Shown here one piece after another: positions 33,124 through 46,875 of a stretch of DNA of 64,000 nt. Position 1 is the stretch's first letter. Each line of letters begins with the position of its first letter. A program made the position numbers and the translations under genes. The stretch covers positions 44,020,001 through 44,084,000 of the forward strand of contig OZ024751.1 in NCBI GenBank assembly GCA_964016885.1, in the 5' to 3' direction. This DNA comes from Eledone cirrhosa. Lineage: Eukaryota. The notes under the pieces are model-generated. The model made no database searches and was not told the origin of the DNA. It was given only the letters and a program-made list of their open reading frames with translations.

Positions 33124-33339
33124 AGTTAATCCAGGTTCAATCGGAGGTAACCACAGTAAGGTACTCAATAGATAGCAGAGTATAAATGTTTAATATAGAA
33201 AAGCTTTTACAGGACGAGAACTGTTTCATGTATGCGAAATCAACAGGAAGCTCCCTGATGATTTCGCACGAATGAAACAGTTCTAGTCATGTAGAAGTTT
33301 TTCTATATTTAACAATTTATATTTTCTATATTAAACAAT
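33124..33339 (-). mobile_element. Fold-back element, family C
   Basis: Reverse-oriented homologue of 16393-16596; hairpin centre ~33250. Confidence 0.7.
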
Positions 33340-33522
33340 ATATATATATATACAGATAAATCTACCAATCAATGGTAGGGTCTAAACCGTATGAAGAACT
33401 CAATGTAATCCCGCAATATATGTTTGATATATTTGGTTGATTTCTAGCCCAGCTTTAGAGATGTAACTGTATATATGTATATATACACCTCTCTCTCTAT
33501 ATATATATGTATATACATATAC

Positions 33523-33591
<69 letters not shown>

Positions 33592-33657
33592 TTTCAGAAG
33601 ATCCCGTTAAGGGTGAAAGCATCGATTCTTTGCTTAAACTTTAATCTGTTATTTTAA

Positions 33658-33808
<151 letters not shown>

Positions 33809-33811
33809 GTA

Positions 33812-33868
<57 letters not shown>

Positions 33869-33933
33869 TATATATATAAAATATATATATATATATAAAA
33901 TATATAGAGAGATAGAGGGATAGATAGAGAGAT

Positions 33934-34003
<70 letters not shown>

Positions 34004-34005
34004 CG

Positions 34006-34068
<63 letters not shown>

Positions 34069-34298
34069 AAGAGAGGGAGGGAAAGAGAGAAGAGATGAGA
34101 GAAAGAGAAGGCTTCCCAAACGGACCTTAGTGATCAATTAAGAAGTCTATTTTATAATACGGAAATTGAACCCGTCATTAACGAAAACAACAGCAGCAAC
34201 AACATCAACAAACGAACAAGTTCAATATAAAACATATACATAAAACACATACAACAACAACAACAACAACAACAACAAAGGTTAAATATAAAAGACAT

Positions 34299-34329
<31 letters not shown>

Positions 34330-34723
34330 GACGTACGACAAAAATCAATGATAGTAAACGAAAAGAAAATGGAAATCTGCGCTCCATTTCCGTTGACTTC
34401 CGGTTGAAAAGAATAAGTACAGTAGATCTATCATTACTGTCAGTATAGATAAGTTTTGTGGTGGTAGAGGCGGCGGTGGTGGTAGTGGTGGTGTTAGTGG
34501 TGGTGGTTATGTGGTGGTGGTTATGTAGTGGTGGTGGTAGTGGTGGTGGCTATGTGGTGGTGGTTATGTAGTGGTGGTGGTGGTGGTGGTGGTGGTGTTG
34601 GCGGTGATCGTAGTGATGGTGATGGAGGTTGTGGTTGTCTTCTGAACGTTGTAATATCAACAACGACAACAGCAACAAAAATAATAAATAAATATATATA
34701 TATATATAAATACATATATATAT

Positions 34724-34759
<36 letters not shown>

Positions 34760-34760
<1 letters not shown>

Positions 34761-36322
34761 TGGAATAAATGCTCTGAAATAGCGATATATATGTGAATAT
34801 AGACATAGAATATTCGAAAATATTCTGTATGTTTATAATAAACATTTTGAAGACCTAATCGCTATAGAATAGAATACGTCACGTATTACAATTAGATTCT
34901 CGATAAAAGCAAGGGAAGTAATCTACGCGTTTCATTCTCGTTAGAAATCATCAGGACTACATATCCAGTGCTTTTATCGAGAATGACACAGCTAGAGACT
35001 TATAGAATACTTAGCTGTGTACAGGAACTGGTTTGAAAGAGCGGTTGCCGGTCCGGCAGAAATTAGAAATTGGAATAAATGCTCTGAAATAGCGATATAT
35101 ATGTGAATATAGACATAGAATATTCGAAAATATTCTGTATGTTTATAATAAACATTTTGAAGACCTAATCGCTATAGAATAGAATACGTCACGTATTACA
35201 ATTAGATTCTCGATAAAAGCAAGGGAAGTAATCTACGCGTTTCATTCTCGTTAGAAATCATCAGGACTACATATCCAGTGCTTTTATCGAGAATGACACA
35301 GCTAGAGACTTATAGAATACTTAGCTGTGTACAGGAACTGGTTTGAAAGAGCGGTTGCCGGTCCGGCAGAAATTAGAAATTGGAATAAATGCTCTGAAAT
35401 AGCGATATATATGTGAATATAGACATAGAATATTCGAAAATATTCTGTATGTTTATAATAAACATTTTGAAGACCTAATCGCTATAGAATAGAATACGTC
35501 ACGTATTACAATTAGATTCTCGATAAAAGCAAGGGAAGTAATCTACGCGTTTCATTCTCGTTAGAAATCATCAGGACTACATATCCAGTGCTTTTATCGA
35601 GAATGACACAGCTAGAGACTTATAGAATACTTAGCTGTGTACAGGAACTGGTTTGAAAGAGCGGTTGCCGGTCCGGCAGAAATTAGAAATTGGAATAAAT
35701 GCTCTGAAATAGCGATATATATGTGAATATAGACATAGAATATTCGAAAATATTCTGTATGTTTATAATAAACATTTTGAAGACCTAATCGCTATAGAAT
35801 AGAATACGTCACGTATTACAATTAGATTCTCGATAAAAGCAAGGGAAGTAATCTACGCGTTTCATTCTCGTTAGAAATCATCAGGACTACATATCCAGTG
35901 CTTTTATCGAGAATCTAATTGTAATACGTGACGTATTCTATTCTATAGCGATTAGGTCTTCAAAATGTTTATTATAAACATACAGAATATTTTCGAATAT
36001 TCTATGTCTATATTCACATATATATCGCTATTTCAGAGCATTTATTCCAATTTCTAATTTCTGCCGGACCGGCAACCGCTCTTTCAAACCAGTTCCTGTA
36101 CACAGCTAAGTATTCTATAAGTCTCTAGCTGTGTCATTCTCGATAAAAGCACTGGATATGTAGTCCTGATGATTTCTAACGAGAATGAAACGCGTAGATT
36201 ACTTCCCTTGCTTTTATCGAGAATCTAATTGTAATACGTGACGTATTCTATTCTATAGCGATTAGGTCTTCAAAATGTTTATTATAAACATACAGAATAT
36301 TTTCGAATATTCTATGTCTATA

Positions 36323-36326
<4 letters not shown>
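34760..36326 (-). mobile_element. 310-bp tandem array (3.7 units plus 1.3 inverted units), one hammerhead per unit: retrozyme-like
   Basis: Units start at 34761, 35071, 35381 and 35691; orientation flips at ~35914; hammerheads (-) at 34918-34960, 35228-35270, 35538-35580, 35848-35890 and (+) at 36160-36202; (TA)n flanks. Confidence 0.88.
36160..36202 (+). ncRNA. Minimal type I hammerhead ribozyme, predicted cleavage after 36196
   Basis: GTAGTC-CTGATGA-TTTCT/AACG/AGAAT-GAAA-CGCG-TA-GATTAC. Confidence 0.85.
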
Positions 36327-36372
<46 letters not shown>

Positions 36373-36402
36373 AAAAAATAGAGCTGTGACACACGAGTTG
36401 TG

Positions 36403-36931
<529 letters not shown>

Positions 36932-37047
36932 CACATATATATATGTATATATATAACGTAATAAATATATACTCATTTAAAAAAAACCAAATTTTCCTCA
37001 AATCATACCCTCACCATTTTATAAACGTGAAAGGATACAACCCGACA

Positions 37048-37114
<67 letters not shown>

Positions 37115-37880
37115 CTATCTCTCTATATATGTATAGTTCTTCAAAGACGGTGTGGTTACGTCTGGATCTAGTTTGAATCAATAACAACAACACCACATCA
37201 ACCAGAATCTCTGCTATTGCAACTACCACCACAACAACCACTACAAACATCCCACTTATTACATACTCCATAACTACAACCGCTACACTCTATTACCACT
37301 ACTGCCACTACTGCCATCACAACCACAAACACAACACTACCACCACCACCACCACTGTCACAACCACAACGGCTATTACCACACCCACAATAATACTGCC
37401 ACCACAACCACAACCACAACCACAACCACAACCACAACCACAAACCACAATCTCAATCGTTACCACAACCACAAACCATCAGCACCACCACCACCACCAC
37501 CACCACCACCAACCACCACTACCACCACCACCACCACCACCACCACCACCACCACCGCCACCACCACAGTCACCCCCCCACCACCACCACTTTAATTACA
37601 ATCAGCATTACCACAACCACCAAAGCCATCATCACTGTTAACACTACTACAACAGAACGTCTACAATAACTACCACCATTACCACCACCACTACAACAAC
37701 TGCCACACCCACCTTTAATATGGTGTCGGCTCCCCAATCCTTAGTAATTGCATAAGGACACACGGCTCGGAAGACGCGGGAAAGCCGCAAAAGAGTTTTC
37801 TGGCGACGATGCACGTGACTTGCTCACGTGGTCGGTTCCTAGCAACATGACACTAATTTGAGGCAGAAAAGCTGAAAGAA

Positions 37881-37937
<57 letters not shown>

Positions 37938-37944
37938 TATATAT

Positions 37945-38026
<82 letters not shown>

Positions 38027-38137
38027 GAGTTTGTATGTATATCTATCTATCTACCTACCTATCCACACACACACACACACATACGCACACATCTATATAT
38101 AAGCGATTCTTTGCTTAAACTTTAATCTGTTATTTTA

Positions 38138-38218
<81 letters not shown>

Positions 38219-38317
38219 TACATATATACATATATATAGATATATACATATTCCTTCGAATGAAACAGCTCTAGTCTTGTAGAACCCATTTCTATATGAA
38301 ATATATATATATATATA

Positions 38318-39105
38318 TATAAAAGTAATATATATGAGTAATATATATGATGAAACAGATACCAACACATCTGTATTTATATTGCAAAAGAAAGTTAGCC
38401 AGAATGAAGAATATTAATTAATTAATATTCTTCATTCTGGCTAACTTTCTTTTGCAATATAAATACAGATGTGTTGGTATCTGTTTCATCATATATATTA
38501 CTCATATATATTACTTTTATACACGGCTCAGGAATATTTCCTTTTGAGCTAATTCCATTGTAAAAGAATTAATTACACTTAATATAACTGCTCTTCGTCG
38601 AGCTGAAATTCGCCTCATATATACGACTGTTATTTCTAGCAGTACGGTTATGAGACGAGCTTGAATCTGTGAACCCATGTGCGTCACACAGTCTTTTAAA
38701 TTATTTAGAAGTGAAGCTTATCAATTGTCTCTGGATGTTTACTGAGGAGAGCAGTTGCATGATATTCCTACACTTATATTCATCTCGAAACATGTTTGGA
38801 TTTTGAGGTTTAAACTTATCTACTGAACAGGTTTGACTTTGAAATTTAAATATGTATAAACATCATAGCCATTTGGCAGCGCAGCTAGTTTTTGTCGATT
38901 TATTATTTTAAATCGATGTGGACGAACTGTGGTAAAATAATTAATATTCTTCATTCTGGCTAACTTTCTTTTGCAATATAAATACAGATGTGTTGGTATC
39001 TGTTTCATCATATATATTACTCATATATATTACTTTTATACACGGCTCAGGAATATTTCCTTTTGAGCTAATTCCATTGTAAAAGAATTAATTACACTTA
39101 ATATA
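38318..39105 (+). mobile_element. 519-bp-period partial tandem with 5' inverted arm; hammerhead at 38737-38801
   Basis: 38421-38585 is repeated at 38940-39104; 38318-38420 is its inverted copy; GTTTA-CTGAGGA-GAG..CTC-GAAA-CATG-TT-TGGAT. Confidence 0.75.
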
Positions 39106-39203
39106 TATATATATATATATATATAAACATATATATTTAAACATTTATATTTGTTGAATTTCCAACAAATTAAATATCCCTTCCACTTTGTGTGTACACC
39201 TTT

Positions 39204-39273
<70 letters not shown>

Positions 39274-39394
39274 CTTACACACACATAGATAAATATATAT
39301 ACATACACACAAGCTTACATGTGTTATTACTATATACATTCAGTGGGGCCGTGTATTGGCTCTATAGACAGGTTATAGTTACGACCCTTTATAT

Positions 39395-39550
39395 TCTGAG
39401 TACAAATCCAGCCGAACGTAGCTTTGCCTCTCATCCTTACGGGGGTCGCCGGTAAAATAAAATAAAATACCAGTAACGTACTGGGGTCGATTTAATCAAC
39501 TATCCTCTCCCCTGAAGACTGTTCGCCTTGTGCCTAAATCTCAAAACCCA
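39395..39550 (+). mobile_element. tRNA-derived SINE (partial)
   Basis: Same core as 5889-6107. Confidence 0.7.
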
Positions 39551-40081
39551 TCATCGTGCACATTGAAATACAACTATCCATCCATAAATCCATATACTCA
39601 CCAACCTCCAGCAGAGACGCACATTGAAGAAACCATGGTGCGCTGTGTGGAGGTAAGCAAGATGAGATGATGGGAGGTGAAATTGTGGGCGTGATGGGCG
39701 GGGTTGTGGATAAACACAAATTTGTAGTTCAAGTTTCTAATTACGTTTCCTCGCCTTGGCTTTACCCAACTGCCAGGAACCCCTTCTCAAATTAATTCCG
39801 TCTCTCAGTGTTTCTGTCTCTTGCTTTACCAATGTTTGGATGCATGTCTCTATGTCTATTTTTTTATCTGTCTGTCTGTGTGGGATATATTAACAAAAAA
39901 CTGTCTCTCCTTCTTTGGAAGAAATCGGTTGTATTCAGACCTGGAGAGGAGTTAGACTCTGTAAAGTATCAGTCAAATACTGAGGGTGAGGGGGAGAGCT
40001 TTGTCTTCTATATCTCCTTCTCACACCCCGCCGCTCTCCTTCTCTGGAAGAAATCCACTGTATTCATTCCCAGAGAGAGGC

Positions 40082-40179
40082 TAAAAATATGACTCCATAA
40101 AAATATGACTCCATAAAAATATGACTCCATAAAAATATGACTCCATAAAAATATGACTCCATAAAAATATGACTCCATA
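40082..40179. repeat. 16-bp minisatellite x6
   Basis: Perfect tandem of GACTCCATAAAAATAT. Confidence 0.95.
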
Positions 40180-40226
40180 ATGAGTCCCGGCTCTATATTG
40201 GACATAGACAAGCTTTTTAGAGCAGT

Positions 40227-41222
40227 GGGCCGCATAGGATACAGCTCATCATATCATGGGCCGCATAGGATATAGCTCATCATAGGATGGGTCGTATAGG
40301 ATATGGCTCATCATAGGATGGGTCGTATAGGATATGGCTCATCATAGGATGGGTCGTATAGGATATAGCTCATCATAGGATGGGTCGTATAGGATATGGC
40401 TCATCATAGGATGGGCCGCATAGGATATAGCTCATCATAGGATGGGTCGTATAGGATATGGCTCATCATAGGATGGGTCGTATAGGATATAGCTCATCAT
40501 AGGATGGGTCGTATAGGATATAGCTCATCATAGGATGCGTCGTATAGGATATGGCTCATCATAGGATGCGTCGTATAGGATATAGCTCATCATAGGATGG
40601 GTCGTATAGGATATGGCTCATCATAGGATGGGTCGTATAGGATATGGCTCATCATAGGATGGATCGTATAGGATATGGCTCATCATAGGATGGGCCGCAT
40701 AGGATATAGCTCATCATAGGATGGGTCGTATAGGATATGGCTCATCATAGGATGGGTCGTATAGGATATAGCTCATCATAGGATGGGTCGTATAGGATAT
40801 GGCTCATCATAGGATGGATCGTATAGGATATGGCTCATCATAGGATGGGTCGTATAGGATATAGCTCATCATAGGATGGGTCGTATAGGATATGGCTCAT
40901 CATAGGATGGGTCGTATAGGATATGGCTCATCATAGGATGCGTCGTATAGGATATGGCTCATCATAGGATGCGTCGTATAGGATATAGCTCATCATAGGA
41001 TGGGTCGTATAGGATATGGCTCATCATAGGATGGGTCGTATAGGATATGGCTCATCATAGGATGGGTCGTATAGGATATGGCTCATCATAGGATGGGTCG
41101 TATAGGATATGGCTCATCATAGGATGGGTCGTATAGGATATGGCTCATCATAGGATGGGTCGTATAGGATATGGCTCATCATAGGATGGGTCGTATAGGA
41201 TATGGCTCATCATAAGGTGGAC
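40227..41222. repeat. 31-bp minisatellite, ~32 copies, derived from a hAT MITE end
   Basis: Unit GGGTCGTATAGGATATGGCTCATCATAGGAT; flanks match 26080-26148 in reverse. Confidence 0.92.
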
Positions 41223-41734
41223 CCCACTATTAAAAAGAAAATCAACAGCAACAACAAAAACAACAACGTCAACAACAGCAACAACAGCAACACTAACAGC
41301 TACAGCAAGCACGACAACAACAGCAACAACAGCAACACTAACTAGTACTACAACAGCAACAACTATAACACTAACTAGTACTACAACAGCAACAACTATA
41401 ACACTAACTAGTACTACAACAGCAACAACAACAGCAGATAATACTAATAATAGTAGGACTATCTTTCTGTTGAGCCACCTACCCATACGACCTTACACGG
41501 TCGTACCCCACATCTCCACCCCATGTACACTGGCCCACCCCTCATCTCACCCCATCTAGACTGGACCACCCCACGTCTCCACCCCATCTAGACTGGACCA
41601 CCCCACCGTCACCCCACCTTCACCCCACCTCAACCACCGTCACCTAGTGATACACAGTGGTGGACCTCCATCCCCACCTCCACCTATTGACACACTGTGG
41701 TGTACCCCCCCCCCCCACACACACAGTCACCACC

Positions 41735-41766
<32 letters not shown>

Positions 41767-41947
41767 CACCACCACCACCTCCATCACCACCACCACCACC
41801 ACTACAGTCACCACCACCACCACCACCACCAACACCGCCACCATCAACACCACAGTCACCACCACCACCACCACCACCACCACTACCTCCAACAACACCA
41901 CCACCACCACCACCACCACCACCACCACCACCACCACCACTACCACC

Positions 41948-41978
<31 letters not shown>

Positions 41979-42312
41979 CCACACCACCAACACCACCACC
42001 ACCACCACCACCTCCACCACCACCACTACAGTCACCACCACCACCACCTCCACAACCACCACTACAGTCACCACCACCACCACCACCACCACCACCACCT
42101 CCACCTCCACCACCACCACTACAGTCACCACCACAATGATATAGAAAGGGGTGGAGACATCTCCCTTAATCGTCCCCTAATCACCAGTTTTCACACAGAC
42201 TTTCTACCCCCCTAACCCGGGTAGAATTAACACCCGCTTTATTTCATTTTATTTCATTTTATTTCACTATTTAACCTGAACACATTCATTAAAGCAGACC
42301 ACATTGATCCCC

Positions 42313-42343
<31 letters not shown>

Positions 42344-42547
42344 CTCTCTCTCCCTCCCTCACTCTCTCTCTCTCTCTCTCTCTCCCTCCCCCTCTCTCTC
42401 TCTCTCTCTCTCACTCTCTCTCTCTCCCCCTGTCTCTCTCCCGCTCGCTCTCTCTCTCTCTCTCTCTCCCTCTCTTTATATATATATATATGTGTATATA
42501 TATATATATATGTATATATATGTATAAATATATATATATGTATGATG

Positions 42548-42596
<49 letters not shown>

Positions 42597-42597
42597 A

Positions 42598-42662
<65 letters not shown>

Positions 42663-43128
42663 ATATATATATATATAAATATATATATATAAATCTGCCT
42701 TTCTTTCTTTCCACCTCATCTCTTTTTACCTGTCTCTTGCTCCCTCTCACTCTTCTCTCTTCCCCTCTCTCTATTATTTTCTCTCATTCTCCCCCTCCCA
42801 CCCCTCCCCTGTTCACTTTGTCTCTCACACTCATTCAACCCTCTATTTTCCTCTATCCCCGCTTTCTCATCCACCCCCTCTCTCTCCTCTCTCTCCTCTC
42901 TCCACTCCCAGTGAAAATTGCAGTTTAATTTCTATGTATGTATTCTGAAAGGTCTGTTCACCTTTTAAACTGTCTCCCCCTTTAAGCAGTAAATGTTTAA
43001 TCATTCTTTTTACTTCTTTCACTCCCATATGTCCCCTATCACTGTCCCCTAGTTTAAAACACGGAACCCATCTAACTGTTGTTAAAATTCTCCTATAATG
43101 ATCGATGTCTCCTTCAGCAATTCACGAT

Positions 43129-43281
43129 TTAAACAACCCATTTGTGGCGCCTCCCCCCCTATTGGGGATTTCGATTGTTGAAATTGTTTGTTTTTATATT
43201 TTTTACACGACTGTATGTAAAATCCCCGGCATGTCTTTGTATTGTCCCCTTTCTTGTTGCGCCCTTGTGGCTAATAAAGAA

Positions 43282-43282
<1 letters not shown>
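43129..43282 (+). mobile_element. Tx1-like LINE 3'UTR fragment (same subfamily as 1506-1875)
   Basis: Aligns with 1723-1875; followed by (TATC)n. Confidence 0.8.
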
Positions 43283-43357
<75 letters not shown>

Positions 43358-43366
43358 GTCTATCTA

Positions 43367-44028
43367 TGCGACGAGGAAACCGTTGCACACGCATTGGTAC
43401 ACTGCTCGGGCATTGCTGATCTGTGGGGCTATGTCGAACAACTGCTGTCAAGGGTGGGACCGATCCGGTTGACCACCGAGTCTATTGTAACGATCAAGCC
43501 GCCTCCCCTCTTCAAAAACGAAGGAGAGGCGGTGTTTCTGTGCGTAATAGCCATGGCGAAAGAGGTTGTATGGTGGACGCGTCTGAAAGGACTGAGGTCA
43601 AACACCTTTCTCTCTGGCCAACAACTGGTCCGTTTCTACCGATATCATTTCGGAAGAAGGATCAGGATAGAGAGAGAGGTGCTGCACCCCAGCCGTTTTT
43701 ATGAAAGATGGGTGAAAGTGGCGAGAATGGCCCGTGTGAATGGGCCTTCACTCTACATCAGACTATAGGTGAGGAAGATGAAAGACCAAGGGAGCACCCC
43801 TTCTCTGTGCTCCTGAGGAAAAGGGTTGCACACTTTTTTCGGGGGTGTGTGCGACCCCCAAGGCGCCTCCTCTCTATTGAGGATTTTGTTATATATTTTA
43901 TTCTGTTATATTTTATTTTATTTTTATATTTTGTTATTGCCTCCTCCTTATTGAGGACGCCTTGTTTTGTAAATTCCCCCCATTGTACTTGTCCCACTTT
44001 TGATGCCCTGGTGGCAAATAAAAGAAAC
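43367..44028 (+). mobile_element. 5'-truncated Tx1-like LINE (ORF2 C-terminus plus 3'UTR)
   Basis: CDEETVAHALVHC...GPSLYIRL*; (TATC)n on both sides. Confidence 0.92.
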
Positions 44029-44029
44029 A

Positions 44030-44116
<87 letters not shown>

Positions 44117-44172
44117 TAAACTCCCCCTTTGTATTTGTCCCTTCTTTTTATGCCTTTATGGTAAATAAAGAA

Positions 44173-44173
<1 letters not shown>
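44117..44173 (+). mobile_element. Tx1-like LINE extreme 3' fragment
   Basis: TAAACTCCCCCTTTGTATTTGTCCC..AATAAAGAAA between (TATC)n tracts. Confidence 0.75.
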
Positions 44174-44203
<30 letters not shown>

Positions 44204-44205
<2 letters not shown>

Positions 44206-46643
44206 CCTCGACGGCCTGCCGCGCCTCTCGGACAGGGAGGCGAAGTCCTGCGAGGAGCCGATTTCGGCCGCTGAGATAGAGGACGTGCTGAGCCAATGCG
44301 GCAAACGCAAATCCCCGGGTCTCGATGGTCTTCCTTACGAATTATATCTAGCTATGCCGGACTTGTTCCCCGATCTCCTCGAGGCGGTCTACTGCAACTG
44401 GCAACAGAACGGGAGAATTCCCTGTACTGTGACCAAGGGCGTAGTCACGCTAGTGAGGAAGGACGAGAACAAGGGGGACGAAATAAGTAACTTCAGGCCC
44501 ATAACACTGCTAAATACAGAGTTACAGATTTTGGCCAAGGTGCTAGCAAAGAGGTTGGCGCTTGTCGTGGGCAACCTGGTGGGAGATGCGCAGACATGCG
44601 CTATCCCGTCCAGGTCCATCCATGACAACCTCCACCTCATGCGATACATCATAGAGAGGGTTGGGAACGAACCCGGCTTTGGTGGGGCTCTGATCAACTT
44701 GGATCAATCTAAGGCGTTCGATAGGGTCGACCATGGTTACCTGGATGCGGTGCTAGCGGCGGCAGGCTTCGGACCCGTTTTCAGGGGCTGGATCACTGCT
44801 ATGCACAGCAGCCGCATCTGCTCTAGGGTCAAGGTGAACGGCTACCTCTCGGAGCCGTTCAAAATCGCGCGGTCCATCCGACAAGGGTGCCCTCTCTCCT
44901 CCCTTCTGTATGTATTGACTCTCGAGCCACTACTGCGGAAGTTGGAGTTGTTGCAGGGCATCCCTTTGGAACCGGGATTGCGGAAAGCGGTGTCGGCCTA
45001 CGCCGATGACGTGACAGTAATGGTGTCGACGGCCTCCGAAATCGAGGCGGTCGGCACCTTACTGGAGGAGTACGAAAAGTTCACAGGGGCTAAGCTGAAC
45101 CGGGACAAGTCGATCGGTTTGCAACTCGGCACGTGGAGGGGCAGACCGATGCCCTCCGATAGCGTCGTCGGACGCTGGACGGAGGGCCCGGTGAAGTTGC
45201 TCGGGGTCTGGTTCGGACCGGACCTCCAGGTGGAGAAAAACTGGGCGGAGGTTACGAACAGGGTGTTTGCACTGACCCAGAAGTGGGCCAGTTGCAAACT
45301 ATCCCTGAAAGGCCGGGCGGAGGTGGCGAACACCTACATAGCGTCCGTCATCTACTACCGCCTGACCGTAGTGCCCTGCCCAAGGGAAACCCTCACCAAG
45401 ATGGAGCGCGCGCTCTTCCAATTCCTTTGGAAGAGGCGGGCTCCTATGGTGAGGAGATCCATCTGCTGTCAACACCCTTCGAAAGGAGGGCTGGGGATGC
45501 CGTGGCTAATGATGCGTAAACACGCATTAAGGCTACGGCACCTCTACGTATTCCTCACCGGACAACCGGTGTGGGCCTCGTTTGTGAGACGAACCTTTCC
45601 CAGACTCGTCTCACTCACCGAGCTGCAATCCTGGGTCAAGCAAAGACCGAGAAAACTGGGCGCCTGGCACACTGAGTGTGCCCAGGCGCTCACCGCCCTC
45701 TGGCAGGCGGATCCGGTTATCAGTGGAGACTCCACCGCAACATTCTATAGAGGGCTAGTACGCAGCAGGTGCGACGACGCCCTCGGAGAAGCCCTAGACA
45801 TGGAGGAGGACGAACTGGCCAGCCTGTTCGGTAGGACATTCAGCCCGGGACCTATGGACAACTTCCAGAAGTCCCTGGCCTGGCAGTGCTACCGAGGGGC
45901 TTTACCCGTTCGAGAAAGGCTCTACAGACACGGGCGCCCGGGTAGGGACCCCGCCAAAAAGATCTGTCCCAGATGCGTGTGCGACGAGGAAACCGTTGCA
46001 CACGCATTAGTACACTGCTCGGGCGTAGCCGATCTGTGGGGCTATGTCGAACAACTGCTGTCAAGGGTGGGACCGATCCGGTTGACCACCGAGTCTATTG
46101 TAATGATCAAGCCGCCTCCCCCCTTCAAAGATGAAGCAGAGGCGGTGTTTCTGTGCGTAATAGCCATGGCGAAAGAGGTTGTATGGTGGACGCGTCTGAA
46201 AGGACTGAGGTCGGGCACCTTTCTCTCTGGCCAACAACTGGTCCGTTTCTTCCGATATCATTTCGGAAGAAGGATCAGGATGGAGAGAGAGGTGCTGCAC
46301 CCCAGCCGTTTCTATGAAAGATGGGTGAAAGTGGCGAGAATGGCCCGTGTGAATGGGCCTTCACTCTACATCAGACTATAGGTGAGGAAGATGAAAGACC
46401 AAGGGAGCACCCCTTCTCTGTGCTCCTGAGGAGAAGGGTTGCACACTTTTTTCGGGGGTGTGTGCGACCCCCCAAGGCGCCTCCTCTCTATTGAGGATTT
46501 TGTTAAAAATTTTATTTTTTGTTATATCTTATTTTATTTTTATATTTTGTTATTGCCTCCTCCTTATTGAGGACGCCTTTTTGTGTAAACTCCCCCCTTT
46601 GTACTTGTCCCACTTTTGATGCCCTAGTGGCAAATAAAAGAAA
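44204..46643 (+). mobile_element. 5'-truncated Tx1-like LINE with uninterrupted RT and zinc finger (frame open to 46381)
   Basis: KSPGLDG, FRPITLLN, KAFDRV, QGCPLS and YADD motifs; appears identical to 49942-50572 over the overlap. Confidence 0.95.
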
Positions 46644-46875
46644 TATATCTATCTATCTATCTATCTCTGGGATGGACACACGCGTATAACTTGCTGAGTA
46701 AGTTCTGTTTAAATTTCTATAGAAATTCTTGTCTGATAACTTTAATTTTTGTACCATTTTGTAGAGGGACTGCCAGGTCAAACTTTGATCTGGTCAGTCT
46801 CTCAAAATATTCTACGCCTTTAGGCGAAATAGTTAAAAAAAGTTTTTTCTTGTTGAAAAGTCAATATTTTTTTAA

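Noticed and set aside
40227-41222. CRISPR-like periodicity (also 57555-57951)
   Set aside because: No unique spacers and a eukaryotic context; simple tandem repeats.
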